52,568 nucleotides of DNA, taken from positions 1 to 52,568 of the forward strand of contig JAVJWO010000217.1 in NCBI GenBank assembly GCA_040222015.1. Direction: 5' to 3'. Both the position numbers and the translations under genes were made by a program. The stretch is from Coleofasciculus chthonoplastes F2-STO-03 (GTDB lineage: Bacteria > Cyanobacteriota > Cyanobacteriia > Cyanobacteriales > Coleofasciculaceae). The notes beneath the pieces are model-generated. The model had not been told where the DNA came from. It worked only from the letters and a program-made list of their open reading frames with translations, and searched no databases. How positions within the stretch are numbered: position 1 is the first letter of the stretch; every line of letters starts with the position of its first letter. Below, one piece after another: positions 31,506 to 42,979 of the stretch.

Positions 31506-31631
31506 CCCTACAACCCCTACAACCCCTACAACCCCTACAATCCCTACAACCCCTACAACCGCGAACCCGATAATTCCCACAACCGCGAACCCGATAATTC
31601 CCACAACCGCGAACCCGATAATTTCCACAAC
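31506..31631. repeat. 9-bp x6 plus 24-bp x3 tandem repeats
   Basis: (ccctacaac)x6 then (cgcgaacccgataattcccacaac)x3. Confidence 0.9.
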
Positions 31632-31712
31632 CGCGATCGCGTCTTGGATCGGGTTATGGTTGAAAAGGTGAACAACGCCTACTCTTCCCAACCTGATCGC
31701 CAATCACTCTTG

Positions 31713-33290
31713 ATGGATATTAATCAGTTACTTCTCTGGATTGTCTGCACCTCTTGTATTCTGAACATTATCGTCGGAATTCGCCGTGCCAGTATTTCGG
31801 ATTCAGCCTTGTACATCCGTAGCTGGATGATCGTTTCTGGGTTAGTGTTAGCCATCACTGCTGTCTTATATGTCCGCACTCCAGACAATGCAGGCTGGAT
31901 TGGTGGGGGGTTATGGGGGTTGTTGATTTTAATGCCGATTCTGGGGTTTAGACTCATGAATCAACTGGCATATCAGGAACGCTTTGGTGCAGCTAGCCGA
32001 CTGGGTAAACTTCTCTGTTGGTTACACCCCGCCCAGAATTGGCGTCAATTTGCTGAATTATTAGACACCCTGGAACAATTGAAGCAAGGTTCAACGGCTG
32101 AAGCCACGGCAATTATTAACCGCGACAAAACCACCAATCGTCCTCTGGTGCGACATACCATCGCCACTCTCTATAAAATGGAGGCACGTTGGCAAGAGTT
32201 GCGGGAGTGGATTGAGACCAATTTATCACAAACCGCCCTAGAACATGATCCCCGTCTAATCCTGTACTACCTGCGAGCATTAGGAGAGATGGGGGACTTA
32301 AATCGTGTGCTTGCTCAACTTGATCAATTTGAACGTATCTTAGAACGTAGCGATCGCGGCATCAATCAGAGTCAAGCTTATTTATTTGCCTTTGCCTTTT
32401 GCGGTCAAAAAGACCAGGTCGTACAATTGCTCACTGGACCTTTAGCATTTTATCCAAAGTACATTCGCCAATTTTGGTTGGCTACAGCAGATTGGGCGGC
32501 GGGAGACGTAGAGGAGGCGCGTCAGCAACTGTTGGCGATTTCCCCGCGCCATACTGGACTCTATCACCATGCGATTCAAGCTCGCTTATCCCAGTCACCG
32601 ATCAACCCTGATACTGTCTTAACTCAACATTCCCGGCAAATTTTAGCCCGACTCATACTCAATCTCCACCATCAACTCCGATACGGTGCCAGAGAAATGT
32701 TTCTGGGTTCTAGAGCCTACACAACGTGGGGAATTATTGGATTAAACCTAATCGTATTTGGATTGGAAATTAAATTTGGCGGAAGTGAAAATCCGCAAGT
32801 TTTATACGAACTCGGAGCATTAGTCCCCCAAGAGGTTCTCGATGGAGCTTGGTGGCGGTTATTAACTTCAACGTTTTTGCACTTTGGATTTCTGCATCTA
32901 TTCATGAATATGCTGGGTCTTTATATCCTCGGACCCTTTGTCGAATATGCCCTTTCCTGGTGGCGATATTTGCTGCTCTACCTAAGTAGTGGTGTCGGTT
33001 CAATGTTGGTGGTATCTCTAGCTACTCATTTCGGATACTCTGAGGCACAATTTGTGGTTGGAGCATCCGGCTCAGTGATGGGAATTGTGGGCGCAACAGC
33101 GGCTATTTTACTTCAAGGATGGCGGCGAGAAAAATCCCGTTTAGCCTCTCGTCGTTTACGGTTTATTTTATTTATTATTACCTTTCAAGTTATCTTTGAC
33201 CTGTCAATTCCTCAGGTAAGTTTCACTGGTCATACATCAGGCTTAATGATCGGTTTTTTGGTGGGGAATATACTCAGTCATAAGTCATAA
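31713..33290 (+). CDS. Rhomboid family protease with long N-terminal TM/helical region
   Basis: [28 protein letters not shown] motifs; start uncertain (31713 or 31656; ORF open from 31473 through the repeats). Confidence 0.85.
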   Translation: MDINQLLLWIVCTSCILNIIVGIRRASISDSALYIRSWMIVSGLVLAITAVLYVRTPDNAGWIGGGLWGLLILMPILGFRLMNQLAYQERFGAASRLGKLLCWLHPAQNWRQFAELLDTLEQLKQGSTAEATAIINRDKTTNRPLVRHTIATLYKMEARWQELREWIETNLSQTALEHDPRLILYYLRALGEMGDLNRVLAQLDQFERILERSDRGINQSQAYLFAFAFCGQKDQVVQLLTGPLAFYPKYIRQFWLATADWAAGDVEEARQQLLAISPRHTGLYHHAIQARLSQSPINPDTVLTQHSRQILARLILNLHHQLRYGAREMFLGSRAYTTWGIIGLNLIVFGLEIKFGGSENPQVLYELGALVPQEVLDGAWWRLLTSTFLHFGFLHLFMNMLGLYILGPFVEYALSWWRYLLLYLSSGVGSMLVVSLATHFGYSEAQFVVGASGSVMGIVGATAAILLQGWRREKSRLASRRLRFILFIITFQVIFDLSIPQVSFTGHTSGLMIGFLVGNILSHKS

Positions 33291-33465
33291 ACATGCCCTC
33301 GAAGGTCGTGAAGAATCAATTGTAGGGGCGGGTTTAGCCACTCGAACAAGCTTGTTACCAATAACTGACCAACAAAACCCGCCCTTACTCAGATTTTGCT
33401 ACTCCCCCAGCCACCAAGCTAAAATCAAACAACGACTTTCATCTCGTGGGGCGCAACTAAGTTTG

Positions 33466-34254
33466 ATGAAATTGCTGATCAGCAACGATGACGGAATTTT
33501 TGCCTTGGGGATTCGCACCTTGGCTGATACACTGGCACAAGCGGGTCATGATGTTACCGTTGTTTGTCCAGACAGAGAGCGATCGGCAACGGGTCATGGT
33601 TTAACCCTCCATGATCCCATTCGCGCCGAAACGATTGATACAATTTTTCACCCGGCGGTTAAAGCTTGGTCTTGTTCCGGAACTCCCTCAGATTGTGTCA
33701 AGCTAGCATTGGGAGCTTTAATTGATCATCCACCCGATTTAGTTCTATCTGGGATTAACCACGGTTCTAACTTAGGCACCGATATCCTTTACTCTGGCAC
33801 GGTTTCCGCTGCCATGGAAGGGGTTCTCGAAGGAATTCCCAGTATTGCCTTCAGTCTGACTAGCTACACGTCTAAGGAGTTTCACGTCGCAGCCACATTC
33901 GCCAAAAGCCTGATTGAGCGACTCTCTGGCGCACCCCTAGCCAAAGTCATGTTACTTAATGTCAATGTACCGCCCGTGAGTCAGGCGGAAATTGCTGGGG
34001 TTAAGGTTACCCGTCAAGGAATTCGTCGCTATTTTGACACCTTTGAGAAACGAGTTGATCCACGGGGCAAAACCTATTATTGGTTAGCGGGTGAAGTGAT
34101 TGAGGATATAGAACAACCGCCTCATTCCCATCTTCCCCCCGATTTACCCACCGATGTTCAAGCCGTTAAGGAAAACTATATTGCGATTACGCCCCTGCAA
34201 TACAACCTGACGGATATTGCTGGCGTCTCTAGTTTGCAGAGTATACAGTTTTAA
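33466..34254 (+). CDS. surE: 5'/3'-nucleotidase SurE
   Basis: [37 protein letters not shown] motifs. Confidence 0.95.
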   Translation: MKLLISNDDGIFALGIRTLADTLAQAGHDVTVVCPDRERSATGHGLTLHDPIRAETIDTIFHPAVKAWSCSGTPSDCVKLALGALIDHPPDLVLSGINHGSNLGTDILYSGTVSAAMEGVLEGIPSIAFSLTSYTSKEFHVAATFAKSLIERLSGAPLAKVMLLNVNVPPVSQAEIAGVKVTRQGIRRYFDTFEKRVDPRGKTYYWLAGEVIEDIEQPPHSHLPPDLPTDVQAVKENYIAITPLQYNLTDIAGVSSLQSIQF

Positions 34255-34374
34255 GTGGGTGGACACAATTAATGTGAACGGTGGAGATCGTCATTCGTCA
34301 TTTGTCATTCTTCCCCTGCTCCCCCTGCTCCCCCTGCTCCCCCTCACCAAAATACTTATTCAGCAAGCCCTAAT

Positions 34375-34602
34375 TTATTGGGGCGTTTTCTGTAACTCCG
34401 GTCGTTCTTCCGGAACGATCGCGCCTTCTACAGGACATACCTGTAAGCATATACCACAATCGATGCAGGTATCGAAATCAATCCAGTACCAGTCTGTCCC
34501 CTTGACATTTTTGCCGGGACCAGGGTGAATGCAAGCAACTGGACAAGCTTCGACGCAATCTGCAACCCCTTCGCAGGTTTCCGTAACAATAGTGTGAGAC
34601 AC
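34375..34602 (-). CDS. Bacterial-type 4Fe-4S dicluster ferredoxin
   Basis: CEGVADCVEACP and CIDCGICLQVCP Cys motifs. Confidence 0.92.
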   Translation of the reverse strand: MSHTIVTETCEGVADCVEACPVACIHPGPGKNVKGTDWYWIDFDTCIDCGICLQVCPVEGAIVPEERPELQKTPQ

Positions 34603-34707
34603 GCTATTCCCTCTCGTAGTTACATGACATTGAGAAATGATCCCCCATGGGTTTTATGTTACTGCATTATCGGCAAGGAATCCATGTATCTCAACACCAA
34701 TCAAAGA

Positions 34708-34899
34708 TTATAGTATGCCGTTTATTGCTCCACCTTTTCCCCGACAATTCGCCAAATAGGAATGAATGAGACTTGCTTCAGGTGTATCTTTGACTTCTCG
34801 ACGAGTTTTGATCAGGAAGCCACCAATGACATAAGCCGCAAATAATAGTGCGATCGCGATGACAACCTGAAGCAAGATATTACTTGGGTATTTTTTCAT
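34708..34899 (-). CDS. Small hypothetical single-TM protein
   Basis: ATG start, one hydrophobic helix; contains a HIP1 site. Confidence 0.45.
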   Translation of the reverse strand: MKKYPSNILLQVVIAIALLFAAYVIGGFLIKTRREVKDTPEASLIHSYLANCRGKGGAINGIL

Positions 34900-35373
34900 A
34901 GCCAGTCAAGTTATATTGTCTCTACCTACTTATCTCAACTAAACTGAATTCGGACATCCACAGAAGGTTATCGGTAAAACCCAGCCCTGCTTCCAGACGT
35001 GTCATGGCACGCTTACCCCCACCCTATCGCTCGATCTGTTGGCGTCTGGCTGTAACTGGGTGCAGAATGATTGAAGGGCAATCCTCGACTCAGCCAGCAT
35101 AAGTCCCTCTGGTTATGGGGTGAGGGCAGAAGGATGAGACAATAGAGGGAATAGTGAATGACAAAGGATATAAAACAAATAACAACTCAGACAGATAAAT
35201 TTATCTAAAATTGAGATTGGTCTAAACTAACTGAAAACGGAAGCGTTTTTCAACGTTCACCGATATCGCTGCGCTTATTTGTTTTATATCTCCCGACTGA
35301 AACAGTCAACCAGACGTGCATGAGAGTGCGTCTGACAGCCAGAGCAAAAAGTAGCTGTTCAACAGCGAATACT

Positions 35374-37977
35374 ATGACACTGTCTAATGCCGGTAGCGTT
35401 CTTGCTACATTGACCCAGTTAACCCAACTCAATCGCACTAGCGTTTTAACTCATCGAGTTAAAGACTTATCCCTTCCCGAATTTATCTGCTTACTCGACT
35501 TCATCACCGCCGAATTTCAGCAATTTCTGCGGGCGCTGGAAATGATTAACCATGAAGCGCTGGAAACCATGCTGGAGCAGGTGATGGAGGCGTTTACCCT
35601 AAAAATCGGTCAACTCCTACAAGCTGAGCGTACTACTATCTTCCTCGTTGATGGTGACAAAGACCAGCTTTGGGCAAAAATTCCCTCTGGTGAGGACAAC
35701 GCCGCCAAGGAGGTTCGCATTCCCCTCAATGTGGGTTTAGCGGGTCATGTGGCGACGACGGGCGAATCACTCAATATCACCGAAGCCTATAACCATCCCC
35801 TGTTTAATCCTGAAGTTGACGAATCTCCGGGTTATCATACCAATTCACTCTTGTGTATGCCCATTGTCAGTAGCAATAAAAAGATTGTCGCTGTAGTGCA
35901 GTTGTTGAATAAAGCTGGGGGTGTACCGTTTGATGAAGAAGATGAACAGCGCTTCCGTGACTTTGCCGCCTCGATTGGCATTATCCTAGAAACCTGCCAA
36001 TCGTTCTACATGGCAGCCCGTAGCCAACGCGGTGCAGCTGCCCTCCTGAAGGCAACCCAGTACCTGGGTCAAAGTTTAGACCTAGAAGCCACACTGCGTC
36101 TAGTCATGGATCAAGCGCGGGAGTTAATGCAAGCAGACCGCTCCACGTTATTTATGCTAAGTAAAGATAATGGGGAACTGTGGAGTAAGGTGGCGACGGC
36201 TGATGGCAAAGAGATTGTAGAAATCCGGATCTCAGCAAATCGGGGAATTGCAGGTTATGTGGCTTCTACGGGTCAACCGTTGAATATTGCCGATGCCTAT
36301 AAAGATCCTCGCTTTGATCCAACGACGGACAAGAAAACAGGCTATGTCACCCGTAATATTCTCTGTATGCCTGTCTTTAACTCGGGTGGCGAATTAATTG
36401 GCGTGACTCAGTTGATTAATAAGAATCAAGGCAGCTTCAGCACCTCCGATGAAGAGTTTATGCGGGCCTTTAATATTCAAGCTGGAATTGCCCTAGAAAA
36501 TGCCAAACTTTTTGAAAATGTTCTGATTGAAAAGCAATATCAAAAAGATATCCTGCAAAGCCTTTCTGATGCGGTTATTTCTACCGATATGCAGGGACGC
36601 ATTGTGACAATTAATGATGCGGCGCTAGGATTACTGGGATGTCCTTTACAACAACTCGACAATCGAAACCGTCAGTTGTGGGAGGAAAAACTCACCAATC
36701 GCTACGTCTGGGAGGTTGTACCAATTGAACATCTCCAAGTCCGGTTACAAGACAGCCTAACGACGGGGGCGAAGCATTACATTCCCGAACAAAATTTAAT
36801 GGTCGGTCTGTTTCAATGTCCCCTGGAAGAGATAGAAACACCGAATACTCCCCCCTATTGTCAATCCCATGATGATACTCATCTTTATCTCCTAGCTATT
36901 CCCAAAAGCGATGACCCAAAAACCTATAGTTTGTGGAATGAAGATCCTAATAATTCTAGGTCTTTAGGTTACCTGTCTAAACAGCAAGTCCAACCTATTG
37001 AACGGAGTATTAATTTAACAGTTAATCCGCTAACCAATCCCCAAGGAATGGTGCGAGGGGGTCTGGTTGTATTAGAAGATATTAGTCGAGAAAAGCGGCT
37101 AAAAACAACCATGTATCGCTACATGACTCCAGAGGTGGCGGATGAAGTCTTAGCCTTAGGTGAAGATGCGCTGATGCAGGGGAGTAAAAAGGATGTCACT
37201 ATTTTATTTTCAGATATTCGGGGGTATACGACTTTAACCGAAAATTTGGGAGCGTCGGAAGTTGTATCGCTACTGAATAAATACTTTGAAACAATGGTTG
37301 AATCGGTATTTGAGCATAAAGGAACCTTAGATAAATTTATTGGTGATGCACTGATGGCAGTTTTTGGCGCTCCCTTGGCGTTAAAAGAAAATCATGGCTG
37401 GATGGCGGTTCAATCCGCCTTAGATATGCGTTGGCGTTTAGCCAAGTTTAATGAACCTCGGATGCGAAATCGCCAACCTTTAATTCATATTGGGATTGGA
37501 ATTAGTTCGGGAGAAGTGGTGTCGGGTAATATTGGTTCCCACAAACGCATGGACTACACGGTTATCGGAGATGGTGTGAACCTCAGCGCCCGCCTGGAAA
37601 GTATTACGAAAGAGTACGGTTGCGATATTATCATTAGTGAATATACCTATAACCTCTGTCGCTATAATGTTTGGGTGCGGGAACTCGATAAAATCCGCGT
37701 GAAGGGGAAAAACCAAGCGGTCAGCATTTATCATTTGATTCAAGATATCGACACCCCTCTTAATGATAACACCCACAAATTTTTAGATCTGTATGCTAAA
37801 GGGCGTCAGGCATACATGAATCGCGACTTCTCGAAGGCAAGTATTTATTTTGAACAAGCCTATCAACTTGAACCTAATGATAAGCCGGTTTTGATTCACA
37901 TCGAACGGGCTAAACATTATCAGAATAATCCTCCTCCCGATTATTGGGATGGCGTTCATACGATGACGAGAAAATAG
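35374..37977 (+). CDS. Class III adenylate cyclase with GAF-GAF-PAS domains (CyaB1-like)
   Basis: Two GAF domains with NK..F...DE motifs; PAS domain; FSDIRGYT, DKFIGDALM, YTVIGDGVNLSARLE catalytic motifs; C-terminal TPR-like helix. Confidence 0.92.
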   Translation: MTLSNAGSVLATLTQLTQLNRTSVLTHRVKDLSLPEFICLLDFITAEFQQFLRALEMINHEALETMLEQVMEAFTLKIGQLLQAERTTIFLVDGDKDQLWAKIPSGEDNAAKEVRIPLNVGLAGHVATTGESLNITEAYNHPLFNPEVDESPGYHTNSLLCMPIVSSNKKIVAVVQLLNKAGGVPFDEEDEQRFRDFAASIGIILETCQSFYMAARSQRGAAALLKATQYLGQSLDLEATLRLVMDQARELMQADRSTLFMLSKDNGELWSKVATADGKEIVEIRISANRGIAGYVASTGQPLNIADAYKDPRFDPTTDKKTGYVTRNILCMPVFNSGGELIGVTQLINKNQGSFSTSDEEFMRAFNIQAGIALENAKLFENVLIEKQYQKDILQSLSDAVISTDMQGRIVTINDAALGLLGCPLQQLDNRNRQLWEEKLTNRYVWEVVPIEHLQVRLQDSLTTGAKHYIPEQNLMVGLFQCPLEEIETPNTPPYCQSHDDTHLYLLAIPKSDDPKTYSLWNEDPNNSRSLGYLSKQQVQPIERSINLTVNPLTNPQGMVRGGLVVLEDISREKRLKTTMYRYMTPEVADEVLALGEDALMQGSKKDVTILFSDIRGYTTLTENLGASEVVSLLNKYFETMVESVFEHKGTLDKFIGDALMAVFGAPLALKENHGWMAVQSALDMRWRLAKFNEPRMRNRQPLIHIGIGISSGEVVSGNIGSHKRMDYTVIGDGVNLSARLESITKEYGCDIIISEYTYNLCRYNVWVRELDKIRVKGKNQAVSIYHLIQDIDTPLNDNTHKFLDLYAKGRQAYMNRDFSKASIYFEQAYQLEPNDKPVLIHIERAKHYQNNPPPDYWDGVHTMTRK

Positions 37978-38065
37978 GAGACAGGCACAAGTTTGGATTC
38001 CCTGACGTTAATCGACTACAGAACATCGTTGATATTGAAGTGCGGAATGGGGATATTATCACTAA

Positions 38066-38593
38066 TCAACCCTCGATTTCTGTGATCAATAATTGCCACT
38101 CGATAACTAGAGATTTGGGAATAGTTAAGGAGAGGGATTGTCTATGATTGAGGGATATGGAAAGGATCACAGATTCATCCGCTTGTAATTTGGTAAAGAC
38201 ATCGGTAACATCATACTGACCAACATTAGGCGCAGGCGCGGCTTGGGCAAATACATCAGGGGCGGTGAGCAGTTTACCCCCCGCTGTGGCAATTTCCAGG
38301 AATTGGGGATGGGTAAACTCAGCCATACCCGGAAAGCCGACTAACCGCAGATTCAGGCGCGTTGACTGACCTGGTATGATTTTTTTGAACAGAACTACCT
38401 GCCACGTTCGTCCTGATTTATCTTTCAATGACTCCTGGGAGTGATAGCGCATGATTCCCGGCGCATCTTGGTGTTGTCGCAGTACAGCAAAGACTGGCGG
38501 AGTCAGGAAGGTGACTTGGAATAGGAGTAATACCAGGAGGAATCTACCAAGCGTTAGAAGTCGAGAAAAGCATTGCTGGATAGGATAAACCAT
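38066..38593 (-). CDS. DUF3122 domain protein
   Basis: SQESLKD..GRTWQVVLFK, LRLVGFPG, NVGQYD motifs. Confidence 0.75.
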   Translation of the reverse strand: MVYPIQQCFSRLLTLGRFLLVLLLFQVTFLTPPVFAVLRQHQDAPGIMRYHSQESLKDKSGRTWQVVLFKKIIPGQSTRLNLRLVGFPGMAEFTHPQFLEIATAGGKLLTAPDVFAQAAPAPNVGQYDVTDVFTKLQADESVILSISLNHRQSLSLTIPKSLVIEWQLLITEIEG

Positions 38594-38828
38594 TGGTGTC
38601 AACGTCAGCGAAAGAGCAGGGGAAGCAATGTAGAGACGTGCCATGGCGCGTCTGGAAGCAGGGAAAGCTAGAATAATCTTTCCAGCCTAATCTCTGTAAA
38701 CGAGGATGGCTAAGGATTGTGGCTTCAGTTGACCTCATAACTCAAATTCATTCAATTTTATCGAGTTATCCTTGATTCTCGCTAACCCGGGATGTCCTAA
38801 TTAAATTGTGCCATAGGAGAAATTCGTC

Positions 38829-39164
38829 ATGACCGGTCAGATTCCTAGCCAATCATCATTTTCATTGCAATTGCGCGATCGCATCGAATATCCTGAAGGA
38901 GGTGTGGTGAGTAAAGTGATTCATAAAGATGACCAGTGTGACCACACGTTGTTCTGTCTGGCGGCAGACACGAGCATTTCTGAACATACGTCACCTCGTA
39001 ACGCTACGATTAATGTGATTGAAGGAAAGGGTGTCTTTACTTTAGAGGGTAAGGAGATTCAATTGGAACCGGGCGTGTTTATTTCAATGGAGGCGAATGC
39101 GCCCCATGCTTTAAAGGCGGAACAAAATCTGGCGTTTCTGTTAACGCTATGGAAAAATGATTAG
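38829..39164 (+). CDS. Cupin domain protein
   Basis: ISEHTS...VIEGKG...MEANAPHAL cupin motifs; AGGAG RBS. Confidence 0.85.
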   Translation: MTGQIPSQSSFSLQLRDRIEYPEGGVVSKVIHKDDQCDHTLFCLAADTSISEHTSPRNATINVIEGKGVFTLEGKEIQLEPGVFISMEANAPHALKAEQNLAFLLTLWKND

Positions 39165-39236
39165 TGTGGAAATGCCGGGGTGCGATCGCGTATCATTATC
39201 GATCGTATTTTCTCTGATGATTTGAATCCTTTGATA

Positions 39237-40028
39237 CTATAACCATCCTCGCAGCCAATAAACGGCTGTACCAATATATTCCTTAATCGCGCGGGTTGTC
39301 ATATCTAAATTTTGAGCATCTGGTAAACCATTCAACAAAATAGCCGCTAGACTACTATTCGGTTCATTCAGTTCTTGTTGAGTGACCAAAAAATCAGTTG
39401 GTGCTGGAATCGCGTCAATCCCCTGACGCAGAAAAATCCGTAGGGCGCGAGGCGTATGCATGGCAGAGGTAACTAATAATACCTGCTGTATCCCTTCCTG
39501 CTGTAAAATCTGCCGTACATTGACGGCATTTTGGTAGGTATTCAGGGATGCTGGATCTTGCAAAATTGCTGAGGAAGGAACGCCAATCATTTCTAAGATT
39601 TGAGCCATATCTGCTGATTCAGGAGAACCCCCACCCCGCCACCCAATCCGCCCCCCAGAGGCAATAATTACAGGGGCTTTCCCTTGCTGATAAAGCTGCG
39701 CCCCATAGAAAACGCGATCGCCTGCTTCATTTAAATCCGGTGCAGGGCGCGGCGGAATGGCGGATCGAGTCGCCCCACCCAAAATCACGATCGCCTCCGC
39801 CTGGGGTAACTCTGTTGGCGGAATATGCTGCCACTCTAGGGATTGAACGATGCTATTGGCAACCCAACCGTTACTGGCGACGAGCAAGATGATCAATCCT
39901 AAGGCGATAGGGATAGGAACCAAATGGGGGCGTTTCCAGGATAAGACTAACGCCACAACCATCAGTACGCAAGCGAGTCCTAATGGATACACAAATAAGG
40001 GGAGTAACTTGGAGAGAAATAAAAACAT
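39237..40028 (-). CDS. YdcF/DUF218 (ElyC-like) family protein
   Basis: IVILGG, DR..YG, SLNTYQNA, LVTSAMH.PRA, IKEYIG motifs. Confidence 0.88.
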   Translation of the reverse strand: MFLFLSKLLPLFVYPLGLACVLMVVALVLSWKRPHLVPIPIALGLIILLVASNGWVANSIVQSLEWQHIPPTELPQAEAIVILGGATRSAIPPRPAPDLNEAGDRVFYGAQLYQQGKAPVIIASGGRIGWRGGGSPESADMAQILEMIGVPSSAILQDPASLNTYQNAVNVRQILQQEGIQQVLLVTSAMHTPRALRIFLRQGIDAIPAPTDFLVTQQELNEPNSSLAAILLNGLPDAQNLDMTTRAIKEYIGTAVYWLRGWL

Positions 40029-40244
40029 ACAAGAATTAAATACAGAATTCCGATTGTATCCAGCCTTATGGTAAGGTTAAAGATGTCCTAACAAACCCCT
40101 CTACTGTATTAAGCGCTACACAGTCTTCTCTCTAAGGCAACGGACTGATTTCTATCCAAAAGCGTTAACATAACGTGAGTTGGGGATCACTAACCCCAAC
40201 AATAATGCAACAATAAACGTAATCTAGACCTATTTTGAAGTGGA

Positions 40245-40850
40245 ATGCTTCGCCCCGGCGACGCCGATATCTTAAACTTTCTCGAACAAATCCAGCTGGC
40301 TCGAAACGTCACGGCTGGTTTGCGCTGCTATCGTCTGCGAACAATGTGCTTACATTTTGGGCGGTGGCTGAAACTAGACAAAACCCAACTGCGCCAACTT
40401 GTTTTCCTAAGTTACTGTCACGGCTTAGGCAAACTCAGCATCCCCGACTCGATTTTACTCAATCCCGGTTCCTTAAGCGAACAGGATTGGGTAAAAATTC
40501 GCGAGTATCCCGAAGTGTCAGCGTTGATCTGCAAGCAGCTTCCGGGATTGAAAGAATTTGTCCCTCTTGTCTTGTCTCATCAAGAACGACTCAATGGCAC
40601 CGGTTATCCTAAAGGACTCAAGGGTGATGAAATTCCGTTTATTGTCCAAGTTTTCCAGCTTGTCAATATTGCCGATGCCATTATCAGTAAGCGACTCCAT
40701 CGCACCCGGAACGAACCCTCAAGCGATCGCCCCTACTGGATGCAAGCCATAGAAGAGATTACCAAGGAGATGGAAGCAGGCGCACGCGATCGCAACTTAT
40801 GTGAGAAATTTTTCCGCTTTCTGGAGCTGTTCTACCAAGGCGGCGGGTGA
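40245..40850 (+). CDS. Stand-alone, degenerate HD-GYP domain protein
   Basis: GK..IPDSILLNPG.L, HQERLNGTGYP.GLKGDEIP; HD replaced by HG. Confidence 0.7.
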   Translation: MLRPGDADILNFLEQIQLARNVTAGLRCYRLRTMCLHFGRWLKLDKTQLRQLVFLSYCHGLGKLSIPDSILLNPGSLSEQDWVKIREYPEVSALICKQLPGLKEFVPLVLSHQERLNGTGYPKGLKGDEIPFIVQVFQLVNIADAIISKRLHRTRNEPSSDRPYWMQAIEEITKEMEAGARDRNLCEKFFRFLELFYQGGG

Positions 40851-40927
40851 CGGGGAGCTGGGGAAGCGGGGGAAGCTGAGGAAGCGGGGGAAGCTGAGGA
40901 TGTAGAGACGTGCCATGGCACGTCTGG
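40851..40927. repeat. G-rich nonamer repeats followed by a gtagagacg palindrome
   Basis: (ggggaagct/g)n + gtagagacgtgccatggcacgtct; same arrangement at 50664-50746. Confidence 0.8.
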
Positions 40928-41215
40928 GAGATGGGAAGAGTTATGACAGTTGTAGGGGCGGGTTTTACTACTATCCTTTCTAACCTCACCCTGATGTGCC
41001 TAAACCCGCCCTGACTCATCGCTCAATGACAAAGAACCAATGTAGGAACATATTTTGCCAAAGATTGATTGTAACGAATAAGCCAAGAAGTTGCTCTAAA
41101 ATCCCTGTTCCCTGTTTCCTGACGAATGACCAATGACCAATGACCAATGACCAATGACAAATAACAAATAAGCTATCGTAGAGGTTAAACTGGCACGATA
41201 GTGGATGAGTTGCCA

Positions 41216-42979
41216 ATGAAAAAGTTTTTGTTACTGTGTTTGTTTGTGATTGGGCTAGGTTTTGCCCTGTTCAACTTTAAAGGGTTGGCAAATCAGGGGG
41301 AATTTGGCTCAATTGTACTGGATTTCCGGGAAGATATTCCCGCCACAGAGATTAGTGCTGAGGTGGACGCGATCGCGCAAAAATATGGTGTGACACCGCG
41401 ACTCAATAGCGAATTCTCTGAGGTTGACAATATTTACATTTTGGAGGGAGATAAACAACTCCTGCGTCAGCTCAAACGGTCAGAACTGGCGAAGGACACG
41501 GAATATATTGAACCCAACTACATCTACAGCACGTTTTTTGTTCCCAACGACCCCAGCTATAGCCAGCAATGGAATCTTCGCAGCATTAATGTGGAAGCCG
41601 CATGGGATGAGACGCGGGGAAGTGGGATTACGGTAGCGGTGATTGACACTGGGGTTAGTCCGGTTCCTGATCTCAAAGATACCAAACTGGTTGAAGGGTA
41701 CGACTTCGTAAATGATAGAGTTGACGCCTTCGATGATAATGGTCACGGGACTCACGTTGCTGGAACCATTGCCCAATCCACCAATAATAGTTACGGCGTT
41801 GCTGGCGTCGCTTATGAAGCCAGTCTCATGCCCTTAAAAGTATTGAGTGCAGGTGGCGGTGGTACGATTTCCGATATCGCTGAAGCGATTAAATTCGCCG
41901 CTGATAATGGCGCGGATGTGATCAATATGAGCTTGGGCGGTGGCGGTGAAAGTCAACTGATGCAAGAGGCGATCGACTATGCCTATAACAAAGGTGTGGC
42001 GATTATTGCAGCAGCAGGGAATGCCAACCAAAATTCCGCTTCCTATCCCGCCCGTTATCCCCATGTTCTGGGTGTTTCTGCGGTGGATTCGGCGGGCATA
42101 AAAGCCCCCTATTCTAACTACGGTGCAGGGGTTGACATTTCTGCCCCTGGTGGTAGTGAAGCGGGTAAGATTGTCCAAGAAACCATTAATCCCAAAACCA
42201 AAACTGCGGTCTTTTCTGGCTTTCAGGGCACCAGTATGGCAGCCCCCCATGTTGCTGGAGTTGCGGCTTTGGTGAAAGCGAGTGGGATTAATGATCCTGA
42301 TGAAATTTTCACCGTTCTCCAACAATCCAGTCGTCAGGTTGAAGATGATCCCCTCAACCACTTTGGTGCTGGGCAATTAGATGCTGGGGGTGCAGTGCAA
42401 TTGGCGACGAAGGGACAAATTACCTTCCGTGATTTCTTCCGTTGGTTGCGCGATAGTGGCTATCTCAATCTCCGGTTCTGGATTGATGGTGGTGCAGTTG
42501 CACTGCTGCCGAAAGTTCTCATGGTTCTGGGTTCCTACCTCTTGGCGTGGTTCTTACGGAACTATTTGTCCTTTGGCTGGAGTTTGACCACAGGATTAGT
42601 GGCTGGAAGTTCGGGATTATTTTTCCTGCGCGGCTTCTATATCTTTGACTTACCCCAGTGGCCCCTACGAGTCATGGGCAGTTCGATTCCGGAACTGGGT
42701 ACTGCGGTTCAAGGCAGTAGTTTATTAAATCCCATTTTTGCCAGTGTGCTGATTCCCTTTATTTTAGTGGCATTGTTCCTGGGAAATCCCCAATGGAAAT
42801 GGGTGGCGATTGGTTCAGCCTTGGGTGTTGCCAGTTGTTTGGCGGTAAGTGCGGTAATGTCTCCTAGTCTGCTGTGGTTAGGAAGTGGGATTGGGGCGCG
42901 TCTATTCTTAATGGCGAATGCTTTCCTATGCTTTGGACTTGCCTATTTTGCCTCTAAGGAAGAGGGGAGATTTGCATGA
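41216..42979 (+). CDS. S8 family (subtilisin-like) peptidase with C-terminal membrane domain
   Basis: VAVIDTG, HGTHVAG, GTSMAAPHVAG catalytic triad; several C-terminal TM helices. Confidence 0.92.
   Translation: MKKFLLLCLFVIGLGFALFNFKGLANQGEFGSIVLDFREDIPATEISAEVDAIAQKYGVTPRLNSEFSEVDNIYILEGDKQLLRQLKRSELAKDTEYIEPNYIYSTFFVPNDPSYSQQWNLRSINVEAAWDETRGSGITVAVIDTGVSPVPDLKDTKLVEGYDFVNDRVDAFDDNGHGTHVAGTIAQSTNNSYGVAGVAYEASLMPLKVLSAGGGGTISDIAEAIKFAADNGADVINMSLGGGGESQLMQEAIDYAYNKGVAIIAAAGNANQNSASYPARYPHVLGVSAVDSAGIKAPYSNYGAGVDISAPGGSEAGKIVQETINPKTKTAVFSGFQGTSMAAPHVAGVAALVKASGINDPDEIFTVLQQSSRQVEDDPLNHFGAGQLDAGGAVQLATKGQITFRDFFRWLRDSGYLNLRFWIDGGAVALLPKVLMVLGSYLLAWFLRNYLSFGWSLTTGLVAGSSGLFFLRGFYIFDLPQWPLRVMGSSIPELGTAVQGSSLLNPIFASVLIPFILVALFLGNPQWKWVAIGSALGVASCLAVSAVMSPSLLWLGSGIGARLFLMANAFLCFGLAYFASKEEGRFA

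Noticed and set aside
31135..31631. Possible CRISPR array
   Set aside because: Inter-repeat sequences are homologous or absent rather than unique spacers, and there are no cas genes in the window.
41834..42376. 180-aa antisense ORF inside the S8 peptidase
   Set aside because: Opposite-strand shadow of a well-supported gene; no recognisable motifs.
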